64,000 nucleotides of DNA from NCBI GenBank assembly GCA_013239625.1, contig MU053504.1, forward strand, positions 1,118,001 to 1,182,000, written 5' to 3'. Of this stretch, positions 12,468-26,110 are shown piece by piece. How positions within the stretch are numbered: position 1 is the stretch's first letter; every line of letters begins with the position of its first letter. The notes below the pieces were generated by a model. It made no database searches and had not been told where the DNA came from. It saw only the letters and a list, made by a program, of their open reading frames with translations. This stretch comes from Lama guanicoe (taxonomy: Eukaryota). Made by a program: the position numbers and the translations under genes.

Positions 12468-13408
12468 TCCACCTCCTCAGTCTTTGGCCAAAGGCATCTT
12501 TGCAGCAAAATTATTACCCCTAGGAGCCCCTGCAGCAGGCTGAGACCACTCTGCAGGGCTGATCTCAGTCACGCTCTTCTGAGCTTCACCAGTTCAGGCC
12601 AAGCCGAGTAACCATAAATGTCTGTTTTAGAAATCTGGGTGGCTGTCTCTTTAAGTTTGAGTGTGAGCCTTTTTTACTGGTCCGAGGCAGCAGCTGAGTT
12701 GAGCACAGCTCTGGATAGTAAGTTGAAGCTGACCCAAAGGCTTCTGAGGGCTGAGGTGGTGACAGGAGGTGCAGCCCCAGAGGGTGCACATACAAGCCCT
12801 GCAAAGGAAGAGCTGACAGTTGTTGAGGTTCCCCAAGCAGGCCATCCATTAAGCAGGCAGTACCATATGTTTACAGGGCCTCCCAGTGTGGCCTCCCATC
12901 ATGAGGCTTCCTCCTAAGGCCACCAGGTCCTTCCAGTTAATTCAGTTCAGTCCTCAGATTCGGAGGGACTGCCCGAGGCTGGCAGTTACAAGCGGTTTGC
13001 TCGTCTGTGACACCAGCTCACCCGCCTGGCGAGTGGACAGCACCTGGAGGTGTTCTCCGTGGGCCGTGCAGAGCCGCCCGCACCTGCTGTCCAACAGTCC
13101 ATGCTGTCAAGGGTGATCAAGGCTTCCTGTGAGTTGAAAGCTTCCCAGCTGCTTGGAAAGGCAGCTCAGGGAGTTTTCCTTCGGGAAGAGGGGAAGCTTC
13201 CAGGGACAGTCCTGAAAAACGGAGCACTTGTGCTCCCCCGAGTCTCCCAAGTTGCTGAGGGTTTTGTTTTACCTTCTATTGTTTCAAACTCAATGTGTCC
13301 CATTTAGTCATCATAACTTTACATATTAAAGTCAACTCTTACTGCTTCCCAAACCCTTCACCTGGAAGGGTTGTACGGGAGAGGGACAAAAGCTTTCTCA
13401 CAGAACAC

Positions 13409-14071
13409 TTTTTTAAAAAATTTTAATTGAAGTACAGTCAGTTTACAATGTGTCAATTTCTGATATACAGCATAATGTTTCAGTATTTTTGCAAATACTT
13501 GTTTTCATATTCTTTTTCACTATGGGTTACTACAAGGTATTAAGTATCCTTCCCTGTGTTATACAGAAGAAATTTGTTGTATATCTATTTTATATATAGT
13601 AGTTAGTATCTGCAAATCTCAAAATCCCAATGTATCTCTTCCCACCTCCTTTCCTTCCTGGTAACCATAAGTTTATTTTCTGCGTCCATGAATCTGTTTC
13701 TGTTTTGTAAATAAGTTCATTTGTGTGCTTTTTTTTTCAGATTCCACACATAAGTGATATCATACAGTATTTCTCTTTCTGGCCTTACTTCACTTAATAT
13801 GACCATCTCCAGGTCCATTCATGTTGCTGCAAATGGTATTATTGTATTCTTTTTTATGGCTGAGTAGTATTCCATTGTATAAATATACCACAACTTCTTT
13901 ATCCAGTCATCTGTTGATAGATATTTAGGTGGTTTCCATGTCTTGGCTATTGTAAATAGTGCTACTATGAACACTGGGGTGCATGTATCTTTTTGAATTA
14001 GAGTTTCCTCCAGATATATGCCCAGGAGTGGGATTGCTGGATCATATGGTAAGTCTATTTTTCGTTTTTTG
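13409..14071 (-). mobile_element. Young L1 3' fragment
   Basis: Antisense of the 3' ~650 nt of the L1 family seen at 34738-36857 (TTGAAGTACAGTCAG...CCAGGAGTGGGATTGCTGGATCATATGGTAAGTCTATT). Confidence 0.92.
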
Positions 14072-15001
14072 CAGAATCTTTTTATTCAACTGAACCAGAA
14101 AGGTAATCCTTTTCAAGAATTGGTCAGGATGAAATCCTGAATCTTCAGCAACTTTCAGAATGGGCTTACATAACTTCCCATCCTTTTCATCCTGCTCCTT
14201 TATCCTGCAAGCAGTGATTTCTGGAGCAGACTCCATTTCATCATCAAATTGCCTCCTAAGGTGTGGGCCCAGGAGAGGGGGAGGGCAGCCAGGCCATCGG
14301 TGAATCATTGAGAGATGAGCTAACCTGGGACCAGCAGCAAGGCATCTCTGAGAGTCCCATCCATCAGGAGAAGGCTGAGGGGGTCACAGGCCCTGGGATG
14401 TGCTGTCTGGCATCTGCCAGCCAGAATCTCAAGGTAGACTGCAGTCAGTCTCTGTATCACAAGTACGAAATATCACAGGAGCTCCATGTCAGATGGCCCC
14501 ACCTGAACCTCAGCCCTTTCCTGTGGACACATCATATGCGACCTAGATGGTTCAGCCAGAATCCATGACATTCTCCTATTTTAGGGCCCTTTATCTGCAG
14601 AGGTCCCAGAGTTCCCTGAGCACGGGTTTGCCTTCAGTTCAACACAGCTCCAGCTGAGGCTGAAAAGGCCCAGAGCAGAGAGAATCAGATTTCAGGCAAT
14701 TTAGGACTCCAAAAAGGCCAGTGGTGTTTCTTTAGCAGCAGAACAGGCTGACGCTGGAGGGACAAAGGACTGGGTTCCAAGCCCTGTGACAAGCAAGAAT
14801 TTCCCAAGCACTATCCGTCTTGTCATTCTTAGAGTCCACGTGGCCCCACTCAGAATAGGCGCAGCAGGTGAGAAAACCGCCAGTGTTTACAAGATCTGGT
14901 AGGATCCTGGTCATTAGCTACTAAAAACTGCTTTTTAAAACTCCAAAGTGTGTTTTCTGCTGCTGAGTGCCTCTGTTTTCATGTTGATTGTCTCTTCCCA
15001 G

Positions 15002-15659
15002 TGAAACCGAGGGCAGTCATCAGCTAGATTTCTTAACCGCTAACCTGCTTAATAAGTAAGACCCCTAACCTGCCTTAACTGACTAAGCTTGCTTTAATTG
15101 TTCTTGCAAATGCATCCCCTCCAAGCTTCATGTCACTTAGACAACCTATCACAAGACTCCTCTAACTGCGCCCTGTGGGTAACACCTCTGAGGTATGGGT
15201 CACTGTAGAACTGGCTGCTTAAGTTGTTTTCCAGAAACATGGAGCTAGTCTTGCCCAGTTCAAACCAGTAGAGACCACCAACCATTCAACTGGGCCTGTG
15301 TGAGTGTCTCCTGGATGACCTTTGACATCAGAGGCCAAAGATTCCACCCTCAGATCATGCTAATGCCACCTTTTCCTGAACATGCGTCCCACGAAGAAGC
15401 ATGTCACATACACACCTGTGTAGAACACCGATGACGTCACCTTCTCCTTACCTACATTCACCTTTCCCCACACCTCAGACCACCCTGCTTCTTTCTCCCA
15501 TAAATATTCCAAGCTCCTCGCCTTCAGAAAGTGGATTTGAGACTTGTTTTCCCGTCTCCTCTCTTGGCTGCTTTGTGGATAAACCCTTTGTCTGCTGCAA
15601 ACCTCTGCATCTCGGCATCTGGCTTGCTGGGCATTGCAAACGGACCTGGTTCCGTAACA
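15002..15659 (+). mobile_element. ERV1-class solo LTR
   Basis: TGAAACCG...GTAACA termini with a 4-bp TSD CCAG (14998-15001 and 15660-15663). It has a TATA-like CCATAAAT near 15500 and a degenerate polyA signal GATAAA near 15578. Confidence 0.82.
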
Positions 15660-16364
15660 CCAGAGGCTCCAGGAGGCAAAAGTCATAGTGAAAATCATCA
15701 GTGTGGACATTTACTCTGCTTAATAGCCAAAGAGTTTAAATCCTAATTTACTCATCAGTGGCAAAAAAAAGCAAGGAAGTTGTGTTTCACTAATACGTTT
15801 TTTTGTTTGTTTGTTCGTTTGTTTTGCAGTTTCCCTAATTCGGATGACCCCTCTGGCATTGATGAAATTATAAATCTGTAACAGTTTTCTTCCATTTTTA
15901 CCACACATCCAGATGTCACAAAATACAAAGCCATTTAAAAAATTTCCCCTTCCCTTTTTTTCTCATTGCAGATTTACTCAAATCCCAAGCCATAAATTGA
16001 GCAGTTACATGGTTAATATTACAGCTGTCAGGAGATGTTGGCTGGAATGCCAGGGGGGATGTGTGCTTGCAAAATTGTCTGCCTTGTCCCTACTTCTGTA
16101 TTTTCTCTAGTTTATCTAAATTTTGCTCCTGGGGACCGATTTTCCCTCCCCCTTAGTGGAGAGAACATTGCGAATGTCTACCTTTTTAGCCCACCTGTTT
16201 TCATGCCGGTTTAAACATGACAGACAAAAATTCCAGACTCCCAGAAGGAAAGCATCAACCACATGGTTCCTACAACAGTTTAGCACAGCGAGCCATTCTT
16301 TCCATTTACAGAATGATGGAAACCATCCCAAAATCAAAGCTCCCAGACTTATGGTTGTAGAATG

Positions 16365-17150
16365 TGACTAAAATCATAATTTTCACCCAGTGAACACATC
16401 TGTATAACAGTCACCTAGATCAAGAAAAAAAACTGCAGAAATCCTAAAGCCCCACTTGTGTCTCCTTCAAGTCATGAATCCCTTTCCCCAAGGGTAACCA
16501 CTGTCATGACTTCCAACACCATAACCTGTCTGTTCTTGAACTTTGCATGAATGGGATTATGTAGCATGGAGGCTTTTCTGTCTGGCTTTTTCTCTTATCA
16601 TGATGTACATGAAACTTGTTCACGATGTTGGGCATCATTAGTTCAGTTTAATTGTTATGTAATATTCTATTTGTATAAATAAACAATTTATCCATGGTGA
16701 TGTTGATGAAAATCTGGGTTTTTTCCAATCTTTGCTCTGAACATTCTAGTACGTATCTTGGTGAATGTATGAATATAATTCTGTTGAGTATATATCTGGG
16801 AGGGGAGTTGCTGAGTCATTGGGTATAAATATGTTCATTTGACTCAATGCCACCAAACATTGTTCCGAGCATCATTGTGTTCTGTTCTACACACCCACAA
16901 GCAATGGGTGAGCACTTTAGTGGCTGCACATCCATGTTAATCTTTGCTATTATCTGTCCCTTTCATTTTAGCCATTCTGGTGGGTGGGAGTGGCATTCTC
17001 TTGTGATTTTAGTTTGTATTTCCTGATGACAAATGAAATTGAGCACTTTTTTCAATAGGGTTAATTGCCATTTGGATATCCTCTTTCGTGAAGGATTTGT
17101 TCAAAGTTTTTTTCTGCTTTCTCTGTTGGATTGTCTGTTTCCCTTTCAGT
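16365..17150 (-). mobile_element. Old L1 (L1M) fragment
   Basis: Antisense L1 motifs: GGGTAACCACTGTC, TTTAGCCATTCTGGTGGGTG, TTTAGTTTGTATTTCCTGATGAC, GAGCACTTTTTCA. Confidence 0.8.
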
Positions 17151-17289
17151 TTTTACCTTTTTGAAAGCAGATCAAAAAGGCAGACAAGGGAAACAGGGAT
17201 GGGGAAAAACTGATTATTGGTCGCTGCTCTATGTCCAACACTGTGCAGACTTGTGTCATTAATTAATTAATAATTACAAAGCCTGCTAA

Positions 17290-17960
17290 ATCAATGTCAT
17301 ATCTTTTTACAGATCCAAATAAAGCACCTACTCTATTGCCTGGCATGGTCGTTGGCACTGGAGACACAGTGAAAGTCAAGATCGAGGTGGTCCCTCCTAT
17401 GGCATTTGTAGGGGAGAGTCAGGTAAAGAGCAGTTACAGTATGTCATGTGGCTGTCACAGGAAAAGCTCAGAGTTCTGTGCAAGCACTTAGATGGGTCCT
17501 AACTCAGACCTGGCGAAGTCAGGGAGGACTTGGTGAAGGAACAGAGAGGACCTGGAGTGACCGGCACAGGATATGAGGATGCTGGTGGTTGGTTGGAAAG
17601 ATGATAAATGATGCAGAAGAGGTAGGCAGACAGCAGAAACCTGGTGGGCCTGGTAAGAAGTTTGGATTTATCTTAGGATTGGTAAGGAGGTTTTACACGA
17701 TGGGATAAGAGCATCAGATGTCCCAGTTCTGAGGAAGACTTGGCTAGAAGTGAGATCAGCTGGGGGCTTGGCCATGACCCAGAGCAACAAGAACAGCAGC
17801 CCAAATGAGGATAGTGTCGGGGGAAAGAGAAATGGAAGAATTAAAGAAATCAGTGTAGGAGTGGGCAGGACTTGGTGACTGGTGGGCTGTTGGGGGACAG
17901 GGAGAGTTAGAAGAATCCAGAGTAGAGGGTTTGTCTTGGGCAGCATTGTTGTTCCGGTAC
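17290..17960 (-). mobile_element. L2 fragments
   Basis: AAGCACCTACTCT..TGCCTGGCA..GGCACTGGAGACACAG, AAGAAGTTTGGATTTATCTTAG and GCAGGACTTGGTGACTGG. Confidence 0.6.
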
Positions 17961-20454
17961 CACTATCGACTCAGTTGCCCAGAAGAGAGAATGGAAGTTC
18001 ACAGAAGTAGCTTATCCAAGGTTAATCAGCTCATAAATTGTAGAGCTGGGGCTCAAACCCATCCCTGTTTGACAACTTCCTGATTCTACTGACTTCAAAA
18101 TTTTCCTGTTCCGGATTGTTGGACAACAGTCATAAACAGCTTTGGCCAGAGTCCACGGGAGATGGAAGCTTCAGCAGTCCATTTGAAAGAAATACTAAGA
18201 ACCTCCCCACCCAGTCCTCTGGTGCAAAGAGCTATTCGTTATCCTCAAAGGCAGCCTGGGTCATGGAAGCATCACTAGCCTGGGTTGGGAGACCTGAGTT
18301 CAAGTTCTGGTTCTGGGACACCACAAACCTTCTCTGGGCCTCGGTTTCCTGGTCTGGGAATTAATGAACTGGACCAGCTGGCTTCTAACAGCCATCTCAG
18401 CATTGGCTCCTAAGAGTCTACATGGCTGGGGAGCAGGGAATGTGCTTAAACATGTAGGGTTGTAGGCTAGAGAAATTCTGGAGAACATTTAATTGGACTT
18501 TCAAAATGATATGTCATCCTCTTCTAAAGGGGCCCCAGCTGTGACCCATGTAACGTGGGGCATGCACAGACCCAGGACACGTCGATCGAATGAGAATCTG
18601 TGTGTGGGGCTGCAGAGAGGACTCTGAACACTTTCCAGCTGTCAGTGTGTAATGAGGATGGAGTGCCACTGCCTTAGAGGACACTAGGAAATCACCGAGG
18701 TCAGTGTCACCCACAGGAATGTCAGGGGCCTCCACAGAAGAGGAATCAGCCCTGTGAAGAGTCAGGCATTCCAGAGCAGGGAGGGAAGTGAACACATGGC
18801 TGTGAGTTAATCCTGACTCTGTCTCTAAAACGTGTTCCTGGTGCCACCGGTAAAGGCTTCACAGGGAGCGTGAAGCCAGAGTTCAAGCCTTTCCCCTAGA
18901 GGCTCCTCGCCCTCAATCTCGTCAAAGCACCTTCCCATCTCTGCTCCTTGCAGCATCAGACACGGCACTGCTGCTCTCATCAGGCTCAGAGGGCGAAGGC
19001 ACTTGCTACAAATCGCACGAGGGAAGAAGCCAGAAAATACTCTTGAGTTGTTTGGAGTAACGCAAGATTATGTCTGGTCAAGAGCTGGGGACTTCATGAG
19101 AGAGAAGTGCTCCGCTCTTAAAAACACCTTCAAGTTCATCAGTAAGAACCTGTTAACAAACACATATGCCTGCCCACTCCGCTGGGCACTCGTATTCCAC
19201 CATGAGATGTGAAGATTTGACCATCAGCCTCCAGATCAAAGGAGGTGACAGACAAACATGCAACCACTGTGCAGTGTGAGAGGCTCTGGGAGCCCAGAGA
19301 AGGGCTCTTAAAGCTCAGGCCGGGCATCCTAGAAGGCTTCCTGGAGGAGCTGGTGCTTGAGCTGATTTTTGAAGGACAGGTTTGAGTTATCCAGGTAGAA
19401 AGGTATGTGTGGATGTGTAAGGGAGGTATCGATGCCATTACAGTGTTTTTTAAGGTCCAAAGCCCTTATACGTGCATTATTTCATTTGGTGCTGATATGA
19501 TGCAGGTTGGGAAATTCACAGATTGATGGTTTCTTTTGGACCCCCTGACCCTCAAGGGACTAGGACGGGAGGCTACCCTCCCCATCGCAGTAGAATCGGG
19601 GGTCCTCCCTTGACAAACACAGTGGTTATGGAAGGAGCCTTCTCTGCTGCTGGCATCTCTAGCCACTGTCCCCCTCAGTCTCTCTAGTAACTTACGTAAT
19701 AGATGAAATTTTCTCCACCTTACAGAGAAGGGAACCAAGGCTCAGAGAGACTGACTTCTCCACTGACAGTTGTGTCCTAAAGACTAAGCAAGCGCAGTGT
19801 CTTTAACACTTTCTGGACTCAGGTGAAGATGCTAATAAGCAGTCCTTCTAAAGCAAGGCTTCCTTCCTTTGACCACTTCTGCCTACTCTGCACAGGAGGG
19901 ATTACGATCATGACGACGTGCTTCACCCACTCCCTGTTTAATCCTGGTTGTTTAGCTATGAGGTTGGTCTATGGCTAATCATAATCATGTCATCTTAGCA
20001 AGCTTCTTTTATGACTGCTTAACGCATGTCACAGCAGAGCTGATGCTGTCCAGGGCTTAAGCAGAATGTCAGCTTGATCTTTTCAGTCGTATGTCAAGCA
20101 GTGACCTAGAGAGGTAGGTACTGAACCTTGCCAGGCACTCCCCACGTTTTCTAGGAAGTGCTAGTAGATTCCAAAACACTCAGTAGATCCCAGGGATAGG
20201 GGTCTGTGTGGCCAAGATAATTTATTGCCAGTGAATCACAGCAGAATGTGGAGATTTGTGAAGGATGTGTTCTCGTTCAGAATAACGTTTTGCCAGTCAG
20301 CCTTTTAAAAAATTAGATAATTTTAGAAGATTCCTTGCAACTAAAATAGAGGTTTCTCCAGTATGAAGAGAAAAACCATAGCTGCAAATTTTATATTAAT
20401 GGGAAAACTACCATTTAATTCTGGAGAAAAGAGAGAGAATTTAATTTTTTTTTA

Positions 20455-20700
20455 GGAATTAAGGTGTAATTTACATGCAATGCACCCTACTTAGTAAGCA
20501 TTTCTCCAAGGTTTGACAAATGCACACAGCCATGTCACCACACTATAATGCAGGTATAGAACAGTTCCATTCCCCCCTGCCCCAGATTTTCTCCTGTCCC
20601 TTTATAGCCAACCCCTCCCACCACCCTGCGTCCCTGAGAGCCACCGATCTGTTTCCTGTCCCTATAGGTTTGCCGTTTCTGTTACATCTCGTAATGGACT
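20455..20700 (-). mobile_element. Old L1 3' end fragment
   Basis: TTAAGGTGTAATTTACATGCAAT...GTTTGACAAATGCACAC...AGAACAGTTCCAT...CCACCGATCTGTTTCCTGTC. Confidence 0.65.
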
Positions 20701-21599
20701 CATGCTGAAGTTGCTTTTGAGAGACTTTTCACTGCATGCTTTCTCATATCTCTTTAATTTTGTACCATATGTATACATTGCTTATTCAAGAAACAAATAC
20801 TATTTTTGGAAAATAAAAATCACAAGTCTAAATAATCCATGTTAAAGAGGAAAGCCAATAAAATTCTCAAATACTTAGAACTGAATAATATGAAAGTATT
20901 AATGAAGAATCACCAGTGAAATGGATTTTGATACTATCACACACAATGGAAGTGATCAAAACCCATGGATGCTACAAAAGTGCTACTTGGAGGAAAATTT
21001 GTAACCTCAAGTGCATTTAATAGAAAACAAAGATTTTTTTCAAAGAAACTAAAGTGCTTTAAGAGCCAGAGACAGAAAACTAGGTAAACCTGAATAAACT
21101 GAGTATAAATAATTGAGATAATTATTGAATAATTAACAAATAAAGACAAAAAATAAATGACAATAATAAAGATACATATGATTTGTAGATTGATGCATAA
21201 ACCAAATGAAGGTGGAGGAATGAACATTGGGCTTAATACATTTGAGCCTCAGTTTCCTCACCTCTCAGATGGCAATACCAATGCTAGCCTCTGTCCAGCA
21301 GTCAGTAGAACTTCCACCGATAAGAATTTGGCCATGACGGCACCTCCCTTTCAGTGTCCATCAACATAAAAGATAATTACAGCGGGGATTACGGCATGCC
21401 ATCAAGGATGTTTCCCATCAGGATATTACATCTGTATTCCCTTACCTGGAGTCCTGTCCTCTCTCCTACTTCTTATATCTTTCCTTTCCTCCTCTACTGT
21501 TGACCTGTGCACTGCAGGAAAAGGGACCTGAGCCCTCAGTCAGGCCGGGGGAGCTCACACCCTGAATTCTGGAGGCCCTGGGATACAAGCTAAAGCCGT

Positions 21600-21825
21600 G
21601 CATTCAGAAGCCAGGGTTTCCAACCACATCCACCACCTTCGAGCTGCGTGTGATCACGCGCAGACCTCTTAATCGCTTTGAGTTGTGTGTCTGTATCCAT
21701 CACATGGGGTTATAGTCATGCCCAAATTACAGGGCTTTTATGAGAACCAAGTGAGAGGATACACGTGAAAGTATTCTATAAATTGCCAAGTGCTATAAAA
21801 ACGTCAGTTATTATGATAATTATTT
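21600..21825 (+). mobile_element. MIR SINE
   Basis: Degenerate MIR core through ACAGGGCTTTTATGAGAACCAAGTGAGAGGATACACGTGAAAGT. Confidence 0.6.
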
Positions 21826-22194
21826 TTATTAAAACTTATTCACCAAGAGCACACTCCAGAAATACTTCCCTGGTTCACAGTGCGACTTCCATGCTTGTGG
21901 CTGTTGGGATTGGGGTGGTGGGTCTTCTGATTAGATGCCTGGCTTCCCGGGTTGGCTGGCCAACTGCCCAACCAGCCACCAACCCTTTAGCGGATTTCCC
22001 AGCTTTCCAGGGACGTGGTTAAGAAGTCAGGTAAGCGAAACGTCAGGTAAAGGATTAAGGTAGAGAAAAGAGGGAGGAATTTTTTTGTTATTGCCAAGAA
22101 AGTAAGTTACCCTTAACTTTATTCCGAGGTTCTCAGCTAGCCTGAAAAAAAGAATTTTTACTGAAAGGAGACAGGAGACGTCATATATAATTTT

Positions 22195-22405
22195 TAGTTT
22201 TTAAAGCTTTTATTCTTTTTTTGGTATGACATAATGATTTGATATTTTTATACACTACAAAATAATCACCATGATTCCGATTAGTTACCATCTGTCACCA
22301 TACAAAGTTATTACACTATTACTGACTATCTTCCTTAGGCTGGACATAACATCCTGTGACTTTATCTTCCTCACCTTTTTTCACTCATCCTGCCCCAAAC
22401 CCCCA
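22195..22405 (-). mobile_element. L1 3' end fragment
   Basis: TGATTTGATATTTTTATACACTAC...TTAGTTACCATCTGTCACCATACAAAGTTATTACACTATTACTGACTAT. Confidence 0.7.
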
Positions 22406-22438
22406 GTATATGATTCTTTTTCTAAAGCCTCTATAGAC

Positions 22439-22752
22439 TAGTGCTGTCCAATAGAACTATAATACAAGCCACAAAGCAATGCCATAAACGGAATTTAAAA
22501 TTTAAAACTTTCTAGTAGCCAAGTTAAAAAAGAAACCAATACGATTGCTTTTAGTGATACTTTATTTAACCTAGAATAGCCAAACTGTTATTTGTTGAAC
22601 ATGCAGTCAGTATAAAAATTAGGAATATTTTAGAATATTTTCACACTAATCCTTCAAAATATGAAATTCGTTTATAACCCACTGATTGGACCCAACACGT
22701 TTCAAGTACTCGGTGGCCACAGGTGACTTCTGGCTGTCTTATTGGACAGTGA
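22439..22752. mobile_element. hAT-Charlie non-autonomous DNA transposon (MER3/MER33-like)
   Basis: Terminal inverted repeats GTGCTGTCCAAT ... ATTGGACAGTG, with internal TTCAAGTACTCGGTGGCCACAGGTG. Confidence 0.78.
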
Positions 22753-24447
22753 GGACTAGAACTTAGTTAGACTTGAGGAAAGGAACCTTGTTTCTGAAGG
22801 GTAGCAGATATGGCGGGGATCTAAATAGCTTCTTGCAGAGCACAGTCAGGGGAGAAAAACGAATACCAGATTTGAGTTCATTCAGTCATTCATTTATCAA
22901 ATATTTTTTTATTAAGCGTCTACTTTGTGCCAAGTGCTGTGATTTTGGCTCTGTACCCAACTCACTTGATGACTCTGCACAAGTCATTTCTCAGGGCTTC
23001 AGACTCCCTGTTCCACCTTTGACAAAATGAAGGTACCATATAAGGAAGGAGAGAAATGTTTGCACCAGCTGGAGGAAGATGCATCTGGAAACCATTAGCT
23101 TACTGGTGGAGTTTTGAAAAGCCATCAGTACCAGTCCCTTTCATTGGCTGTTTGATGAAGCGCTCACAGCCCCTTGATAATGACTTTCAAAACTTGATCA
23201 ACCCCGTAGGATTTTACTGGAGGAATTAATCACTTATGCATGGAAACAGCTTATCCAGGGAAATGGTGATTTGTCACACTGTTGGTATCACCCAGGACTC
23301 CGATTTCTTTACCTGTGTCTTATTGACCATCCTTGTAGGGAGGTTCTAAGGAAGAACTAATAAAACAAGTCATAAATTCCTTTGTGACATCAAATGCTTT
23401 CTAAATGCTAAGTAATTCTTCCTGTAAAACATTAGGTCCAACTGTGGGAAGGTGTCCAGGAGGTGTTGCAAGGAGTGGTACAGGGACTATCTTAGTACTG
23501 TCATCAAGGCTTGGAACTAAAGTCACCCACATTCACTCATCTGTAGCCATGACTTAGAATGACTTCAATTTAAACAGAAAAAGGAAACAGAGCTGCACTT
23601 CCTGGTAACAGGGTGGCATCAGCCACACAGCTGGGCTATCAGGTGAGATCCGTTTTCAACTTCTGTGTGGGGAGAATGATTCTCCGCAGGTATTTAGAAA
23701 GAGGGGGAAATGACTCTTAGGAAATAGAAATGCTGGAAACTTATTAAGTAGATAACAATCAGATAATCAGAGACCATCTCTGGTGGTTGCGGCCCAGGTT
23801 GGCTTTGGTAATCAGGGAGCACGTGGACAAGCAGGCTTGACAGTGGCTAACGCAAGTTCAGGTGGTAAGCACGGAAGAATAACTCCTGGCGTTGGCACGT
23901 GGCCTTTAACTTGGCAAAGCGCTTTCGCAACATTGTCTCATCGGAGCGTCCCAACATCTCTGCAGGGTAAGATCAGGAGACAATTCCATAGTGGGTGGCA
24001 AAGATGTCTTTAAGAGTAATAGATTTTTGTTGTGTTTTTGCCTCTCATCACTACATCGTGCTGCCTTCCTAAGCGTCCCAAGGACAGAAAAGTGGCCCTG
24101 ATGCCTTATACAACCCAAGGCATGTGAGGAGCTTCTTAGCTGTGTGTCTAGAGAGATTCCTGCAGTTAAGCAGACTTTCAGCTAACAGAAGAGAATGCGA
24201 GCGTGGAAGGAGGTTACTTTCTGTTCACTCATGAATGTGCTGATTTTACACTTTGGACAGGATAGAAAGAAGGACAATAGCTATGCTAGTCTAACCTATA
24301 TCCAGTGGTTTCAGCCACAAAAAATGTAGGACCATTGCTAAGAAACACGTCCCTAGACCTGAGTGTAATAGGCTTTAAAGGTAAAAATATTCTAGATCCC
24401 ATCTTATATAAAACAACCCCTTCTCTTCCCAATGCACTTTATGAAAC

Positions 24448-24768
24448 TTTATTTTAAATTGAAATATAGTCAGTTACAATGTGTCAATTTCTGGGGTACA
24501 GCATAATATTTCAGTCATACATATATTCGTTTTCATATTCTTTTTCATTATAGGTTACAAGATATTGAATATAGTTCCTTGTGCTATACAGAGGAAATTA
24601 GTTTTTTAATCTATTTTACATATAGTAAATATTTGCAAATTTCAAACTCCCAATTTATCCCTTCCTACCCTCCTTCTCCCCGGTAATCATAAGTTTGTTT
24701 ACCATGTCTGTGTGTCTATTTCTGTTTTGTAAATAACTTCATTAGTGTCTTCTTTGAAAATTTTTTCA
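24448..24768 (-). mobile_element. Young L1 3' end fragment
   Basis: TTGAAATATAGTCAGTTACAATGTGTCAATTTCTGGGGTACAGCAT..., same family as 11101, 13409, 32410, 34738 and 63668. Confidence 0.9.
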
Positions 24769-25699
24769 GACATATCTCAACCAATTCATACGTGTAGTGA
24801 TTCCACAAGTAGAGAGAGTTATTACTTCTTGCATACAGTGCTTTGTTTAGTGAATGAATTAATAAATCTCTATTTTACAGATGAGAAAACTGAGGTCCAA
24901 AGTAGTTGAGCGGTTTGTTCCGGTGTGAGACCCAAGACGGAATCCCTTATTTTCTGAGTTCAAGTCTGATCACGTTCCTGTACGAATTCCCCCTTGAGGT
25001 CTAGTTTCTGAATCCACACCATGGAATATCACTAGGGCAAACAGTCAGGCTTTCCATAACATAAGGATTTGGGGGTATCTCAAGTCTTGCCAATCATTCC
25101 TGATCATTTATGTCTGTAAATTCAATCATTATTCACTCTCTCTGGAAGAGCAATAAAAAGACCAAATTGGCATTCTGCTCTGCAAACAGCCCAAGGCAGA
25201 CTGAAGATGGCAGTGAACAGTAGCCAAATTTCTAATCATCTCATCAGGAAACCAAAGCAGAGGAATTAGTCCATGAACCATCAATCACAAGCGTAAAATA
25301 ATGGCAGCTTGGCAAAGAAAGTGGGGAAAATACACACACTTAAAAACACGTACACACTTTAAAAAAAAAAAAAACTCAAGCAGCTCCTGGACTGAAATCT
25401 CAGTTTATGAGACAGATGTCTCCACCAAAAAGATAGTGCTCATTTATTCTCCAGGAATTTCAAGAGTGAATAGAGAAATCTTAAAAGAAGTTCAGAACTC
25501 CAGGTGTTGGTTCATAAACCCCCAGAGAAGAATGACGGTTGGTGGTGAGGGAAAGGATGCGATTTCTATAAATGCAGAGGGGTTCAGAGAAGTGTTTTCT
25601 TTCAGGGAAGATTCAGGCACTACTGGACAACCTCTAACCAAAAGGACAAGCATCTTATCAGGAATTTTCTAGGATTCAAGTCTCCAAATTGAAAGGGCC

Positions 25700-26110
25700 C
25701 TTAAATTGACCATCTAGTGTAACCCTCTTGACCCTGGCTGGTTGGCCAACTGTTTCCAAAACGCTCTGTCATGGTCATTGAGCCTCCACTGTCCTCAGTG
25801 GTGGAGAGATCCACCATCCTCTGAAGTACTGCTTCTCTCTGAGTTCTGGAAATTGCTACCCTTATGTTGAAGTCATACCTGCCACCCAGGTGCTTCTCCA
25901 CTGGACCTCGTTCCAAACAAAGCTAATTCCTCTTCAGTGTGATAGCCCAGCCCAACAACTACTCAAGACCATGACCGTGATACTTCTGTCTCAAGCAGCT
26001 ATGCATCGCTATACCATACTGAATGTCTCCAGTCAGACGGTGGTCCTCAAAAACACTCCAAGAAGAACTGGGCTTCCAGACCCACTATCGTCATGGCCAC
26101 CCTCCTGGCC
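25700..26110 (-). mobile_element. CR1/L3 LINE remnant
   Basis: GACCATCTAGTGTAACCC, CTCAGTGGTGGAGAGATCCACCATC and CCCTTATGTTGAAGTC resemble the antisense L3 3' region; highly degenerate. Confidence 0.5.
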
